From: Scyliorhinus canicula | Lineage: Eukaryota | Direction of reading: 5' to 3' | Assembly: GCF_902713615.1 (NCBI RefSeq) | Contig: NC_052149.1 | Coordinates: forward strand, 125,739,256 to 125,803,255 | Length of the DNA: 64,000 nt | Shown here: piece by piece, positions 59,168 to 64,000 of the stretch | Layout: each line of letters starts with the position of its first letter | How positions within the stretch are numbered: the first letter of the stretch is position 1 | The notes under the pieces: generated by a model | What the model was told of the DNA's origin: nothing | The model's database searches: none | The model's input: the letters and a program-made list of their open reading frames with translations, nothing else | Program-made: the position numbers and the translations under genes

Positions 59168-60707
59168 GTAGGCCAGGCCCCTCATATCGCGCACGCCCGC
59201 CGATTGGTGGCCCCGGATCGCTGGCCTGTCCGTTGTGGAGGACCCCCCCCCCGCCCCCCGGAGACTGATCCCCCTGCCCCCCCCCACCAGGGAGGGCCAC
59301 CGCAGCCGCGACGCCGAGCTCCCGCCAGGTGGAACCATACGTGAACCACGCCGGTGGGAACTCGGCCGGTCGACCGTGGAGGATCGCCACGGGGGCCTCT
59401 TTCAATGGCCCCTTCCCGGCGCCACGTTGACTGCATGCACGCGACTGCCGCTGATTCTCCGGTCGCCGGAGGTTCACATCCCGCTGTCAGACCCGATCTC
59501 CATTCTCTGTCCCTGTGCCGAGCGTGATTTCGGCGCAGAGAAACCCGGCCAATGTGCTTTGCAGCCTGCAGACATAATTTGCTTTTTTTAGATTATGTTG
59601 ACGAGGTCATTGCTGTGTGGAGCCACGGAAGGCAGAGAGACATTTTGTAAAGTTGTGCAGGATCAATGTTTATTTGGAGAAACTTTGCAGAGAGGAGTTG
59701 AATTCTGATCTGCCTGGCGCAGAGTCCACAATTCTCCCACATTCAGATGGATTGAGTGCTGTGTGTCTCTTTTCTTGTTGTTCAAAGGAAATTGAGTTGT
59801 TTAAGGGGTAAGTGTGAGCTGTTATTTTGGGATGTGAAATTTAACAGCTAGTATTGTATTCATATTAAACTTTTGTATTGAAATGACCAAATTCCAATTT
59901 CTTCATGCAACCACTCCTGGTGGAAATCATTCTTTACGCAGAGTCTGACAAATAAACTTAAATATTGGATCCAGTTTCAGAGCCGCTGTTGGAGTCGAGT
60001 CTGGGATCATTTTAATGGATAAACCAGTTCTCCCACCGTATCCTTTCAAGTCTGCGTCACTTGGATTAAGTGAGTGGAGATGAGGCCGTAGCAGGAGGAA
60101 CGGTCAGGGTGAGAGAGAGGAATGGTTTTATTGGGAACAAGGATATCAAAGGTGGAGGTGAGGGTGAGGTTGGGAGATCAGTCGCTGCAGAAATGTTGTG
60201 GTGATCGGAGGGCCAGAGACAGATAGTTGGGATTTTGAAGGTGCCGTTGGAAGTGAATTGGGGAATAGGTTTTTCCAGGGATGGATACAGAAGGGGGTAG
60301 GGTTGGGGTGTGGAAGGGGGATGTGGGTGGGGAGTGATACAAGGAAGTGATCAGTGATGGTCTTATCTGTGATTGAAACTATGGGAGTAGTGAGACCACT
60401 TGAGATGGTCAGGTCAAGGGGGAGGTGGGGAATATGGGTTGGAGAATTGTGATTGTGATTATTTAATCCTAGCAACTTTCAGTCTCTTTTCTGATTTGAA
60501 TCTTTCAACTCAGATATTCCAGATAAAACTGATCATTATAAAATGATTGATAATTGTCTTTGAATCCAAGCTTCTGCTGATGTGTCATTGATTGACAGGC
60601 CAACCAGCCAATCATGACAATCACTTGCTGAAATGCAGCCAATCAGCTGATGGGGAGGAGGGACATTTCCAAAGCACACTCGAGACACAGACTGAATATT
60701 CTCAATG

Positions 60708-60713
60708 TTTATT
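60708..60713 (-). terminator. Polyadenylation signal of C2
   Basis: TTTATT at the position homologous to 34851-34856. Confidence 0.8.
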
Positions 60714-61211
60714 ACCTTTTACAGATTTACATTGTCAGAAAGAAGACTTGAATAAACAGCCCAGCCAGAGAAAGCTGGAGAAATTCACAGGGAAAATATG
60801 GAGATTTTCTCAATGACATGAGAATGCTGTCCTTTAAAATGGTGACTAAACCTTAAATTGTAACTGCAGGGTGAGCAGGAAGGAGGTCTGGTTTCCTGAA
60901 GCAGAGATTTCAGGGGTCACGTTATTTTGGTACAGCTGACAGTCTTCAGCATCTTAGAGAGGTTTTACTTGGCATCACGAGTCTGCACTGTCCCATCAAA
61001 CATTCCCAGGACAGATGCTGCATGGGATTACATGCAGAGTAAATATCCCTCTGCACTGTCCCAAAAACATGTCTTAACCTCTGACCCTCAGTAGTGCCTC
61101 AGTCCCGAGAAGGAGAGAGTTGTAATTCAGTGCTGACAATGACCTTTGCCCTCCCAGCTCACCCCTGTTCTATTTAAAGTTGTGTCTCCTCTGTGGACTG
61201 TCTCTAACACT

Positions 61212-61540
61212 CTACGCACATTCTGATCTCCTGATGCTCTTGCTGAGGGCAGAGGAGAGGCTCACGTGGGTGAGGGCACAGGAGAAGCTGGCGTTGGACT
61301 CCCAGGCAGAGCCAGAGAGGGTCAGCAGGCTGCTGACACTGTAGGTGTTGTCCGAAGCCCGCAGGTAGTTGCTGGTCTGAACACCGTCCGAAATGGCTGC
61401 ACCATCCTTCTTCCACTCCACCACCAGCTCATCGGGATAGAAGTGATTGGCAAGGCACACCAGGGTGGCAGTGCCCTTGGTCTTGACCTCCTCCAGGGAG
61501 GGGGGCAGCAGGGTCAGCGTTGGTTGTGAATTTTCACGGC
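61212..61540 (-). CDS. IGKC: Ig light-chain constant exon C2 (second, inverted cluster)
   Basis: Acceptor tttcag on -; 9 nt differences from C1 in 329 nt, 2 amino-acid changes, intact stop. Confidence 0.97.
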
Positions 61541-61949
61541 CTGAAAGAGAGGGAAAGGAATTTAAATCTCTACCATTATAAAGGATTTAATCTTCCTGAA
61601 GATTACCTGGGATCAAATCAATGTCAGTGTATGTGTCTGTGCAGATGATCTAGATTGCTGGCAATCCATTCTCGGGAACTTCTTTAACCTGTACCGAAAA
61701 ATCCCAACAAGAAAGAGGCAGTTTTGGACAGTTTTCGCGATTAAATCTGGGCAGGCGAAGGGGTATCAATGAGAGAGTATTTGGGTAATAGTGATCATAA
61801 TTCAGTTAGATTTAGAGTAGTTATGGAAAAGGATAAAGATAAACCAAGAGTAAAAGTTTTAAATTGGGGAAAGGCCACTTTTACAAAACTGGGATTTGCC
61901 AAAATGACTTCTACGTTATTATTACTTATTTTTTCTGTTCGGTGAACCC

Positions 61950-63720
61950 TGGTTCGAATCCCATCACAGCAGATGGCCAAATTTGAATCCAATAAAAATT
62001 GAATTCAATGTTTAATGATGACCCTGAAATGACTGTTGATTGTTGTAAAAGCCCATCTCGTTCCCTAATGCCCTTTTGGGAAAGAAGTCTGCCGTCCTTA
62101 AGTGGTCTGGCCTACATGTGATTCCAGGCTAACAACAATTTGGTTGACATCTGGGAAAACACTTCTGAAATGCAGCCACTTGGAGGGTAATTAGGGATGG
62201 GCAATAACTGCTGGCCCAGAAAATGACACCCACACCAATGAATACATTTAAAAAACAATTCACCCAGCAACGTGGAAAATTGCCCAGGTTTGTCCTGCAC
62301 ACACCAAACAGGACAAATCCAACCCGGCCGATTACTGCTCCATCAGGCTACTCTCGATCATCAGTAAGGGATGATCAACATTGCTATCAAGTGTCGTTCA
62401 GTCTTGGGGTCACTCAGCTCCCGACCTCATTACAGCCTTGGTTCAAACATGACAAAAGAGCTGAACTCCAGCGGTGAGGCCAGAGTAACTGCCCTTTGAC
62501 CTCGAGGCAGCATTTGACCAAGTTTGGTATCAAGGAGCCCGAGCAAAACTGGAGTCAATGGGAATCAGGGGGAAAACTCTCTGGTGGTTGGAGTCATACC
62601 CAGCACAAAGGTAGATAACTGTGAATATTGGAGGTCAGTCATCTCTGTCCTCGGACATCCACACAACCCCTGCAGTGCAGAAAGAGGCCATTTGACCCTT
62701 TGAGTCGGCACCAGCCCTCCAAAACAGTACCGCACCCAGGTCCACTCCCCCGGCCAATCCCCACAGACCAATCTAACCTTTGGATTCTAAGTCACAATTT
62801 AACCTGGCTAATCCACTTAACCTGAATTTTCTTAGACTGTGGGAGGAAACCGGAGCACCCAAAGAAAACCCATGCAGACAGCGGGAGAACGTGCAAAATC
62901 CATAAAGTCACCCAAGGTTGGAATCGAACCCATGTCTCCGGCGCTGTGAGGCAGAAGTGCCAACCACTCTGCCACCATGGACATTACTCACGGGTTCTTC
63001 AGGGGAGGCTCTGAGGCTCAACCAGCTTCAGCTGCTTCATGAATGACTTTCTTTCTGTCATGAGGTCAGACGTGGGGATGTTCATTCATGACTGCACAAT
63101 GTTCAGCACAATGTTCAGCACCATTCACAACTCCACAGACACTGAAGCAGACCTTGCCCTATTACAACAAGGCCTGGACAAAACCCCGGTTTGGGCTGGC
63201 AACTGGCAAGTAACATTTGTGCCAGACAATGACCATCTCCAACAAGAGAGAATCTAACCATTAACCCTTCACGTTCAAAGCAGTACCTTCACTAAGTTCC
63301 CGATTATCAGCATCCTGCGGGTTACAATTACCAGAAACTGAACTGGACTAACCATATAAATACTGTGACGACAGGAGCAGGTCAAAGATGAGGAATCCTG
63401 TGGCAGGTAACTCACCTCCTGACTCCCTAAAGCTTATCCATCATTTACAAGGCACAAGCTGGGAGTGTGATGGAATACTCTCCACTTCCCTGGATGAGTG
63501 CAACTTCAAAAGCACTCAAAGAGCTCAACACCATCCAGGACAAAGAACCCCCACATGATTGGTACCCCACCCACAAACATTCTCTCCCTCCACCACTGAT
63601 GAACAGTGGCAGCCGTCTGTACCATCTACAAGATGCACTGCATGATCTCACCAAGGTTCCTTGGGCAGCAGCTTCCAAACCCACAACCACGACCATCTAG
63701 AAGGACAAAGGCAGCAGATA
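61950..63720 (+). mobile_element. DeuSINE-like element, CR1/L2-group LINE remnant and HE1-like SINE (62690-62980, -)
   Basis: Deu-like core at 62050-62150; AAFDQVWYQG, FSCFMND..RSDVGMFIHDCTMF, YKAQAGSVMEYSPL. Confidence 0.7.
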
Positions 63721-63723
63721 CAT

Positions 63724-64000
63724 GGGTCGGGATTCTCCAGAAACGTGGCTAAGTGTTGACGCCGGCATAAACACCGGAGTGCTTCACGCCGGCGTCAATG
63801 GGTGTCTTGGTCCAGCGATTCTGTATCCCACAGGGAGCCAGCACGGCACTGGACTACTCTGCGCTGCTCCAGCTGCCGTACGCAGCTCTGCAATGCTGGC
63901 CGCGGGTCCCTACATACATGTGGCGGCCGCTTCCACGCCAGCACTGCACAACATGGCAGAGCAACACAGCAGACCGGCACGGAAGAAGGTAGGTCCCCAC
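63724..64000. mobile_element. Harbinger-type MITE, left part (runs off the window)
   Basis: gggtcgggattctcc start; matches 56842-57110. Confidence 0.78.

Larger units (their letters stand above)
56842..59550. mobile_element. Harbinger-type MITE split by a 2-kb LTR-like insertion
   Basis: ggccgggtttctcc..gagaaacccggcc with TSD AAT; the left half matches 63724-64000. Confidence 0.82.

Noticed and set aside
61541-64000. J or V segment for the second cluster
   Set aside because: I found no FGxG J or RSS on - here. The first cluster's 4.5-kb intron predicts that J lies outside the window.

Overview
Vertebrate genomic DNA, almost certainly from a cartilaginous fish (shark), inside an immunoglobulin light-chain locus. 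The only host gene content is one complete, unrearranged kappa-type (shark type III/NS4-like) L-V-J-C cluster on + (28496-34345), with a 12-RSS and a 23-RSS, and the C exon of a second, inverted cluster on - (61212-61540). The V and J of that second cluster are not in the window. Nearly everything else is nested mobile DNA: CR1, L1/Tx1, L2 and Rex1/Babar LINE fragments, tRNA-derived SINEs, about 11 PIF/Harbinger-type TIR elements with 3-bp TSDs, two Ty3/Gypsy elements, about six solo LTRs, a Penelope-type hairpin and a decayed endogenous retrovirus (9005-19595). The retrovirus has a tRNA-Ser PBS, RNase H, integrase and an env resembling a paramyxovirus-F-like/lokiretrovirus-type fusion protein. 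There are four minisatellites and one 500-N gap. The most notable observations are: the F-like-env ERV; an 18x45-bp in-frame expansion inside its integrase; a 206-bp conversion-like tract between its LTRs; a Gypsy element with no tRNA PBS but an 11-nt self-complementary PBS-position motif; an AGGTCA DR3/DR8 array 1 kb upstream of the Ig promoter; and the tail-to-tail arrangement of the two kappa clusters. All family assignments come from motif recognition by eye, with no database search. Boundaries of old repeats are approximate.
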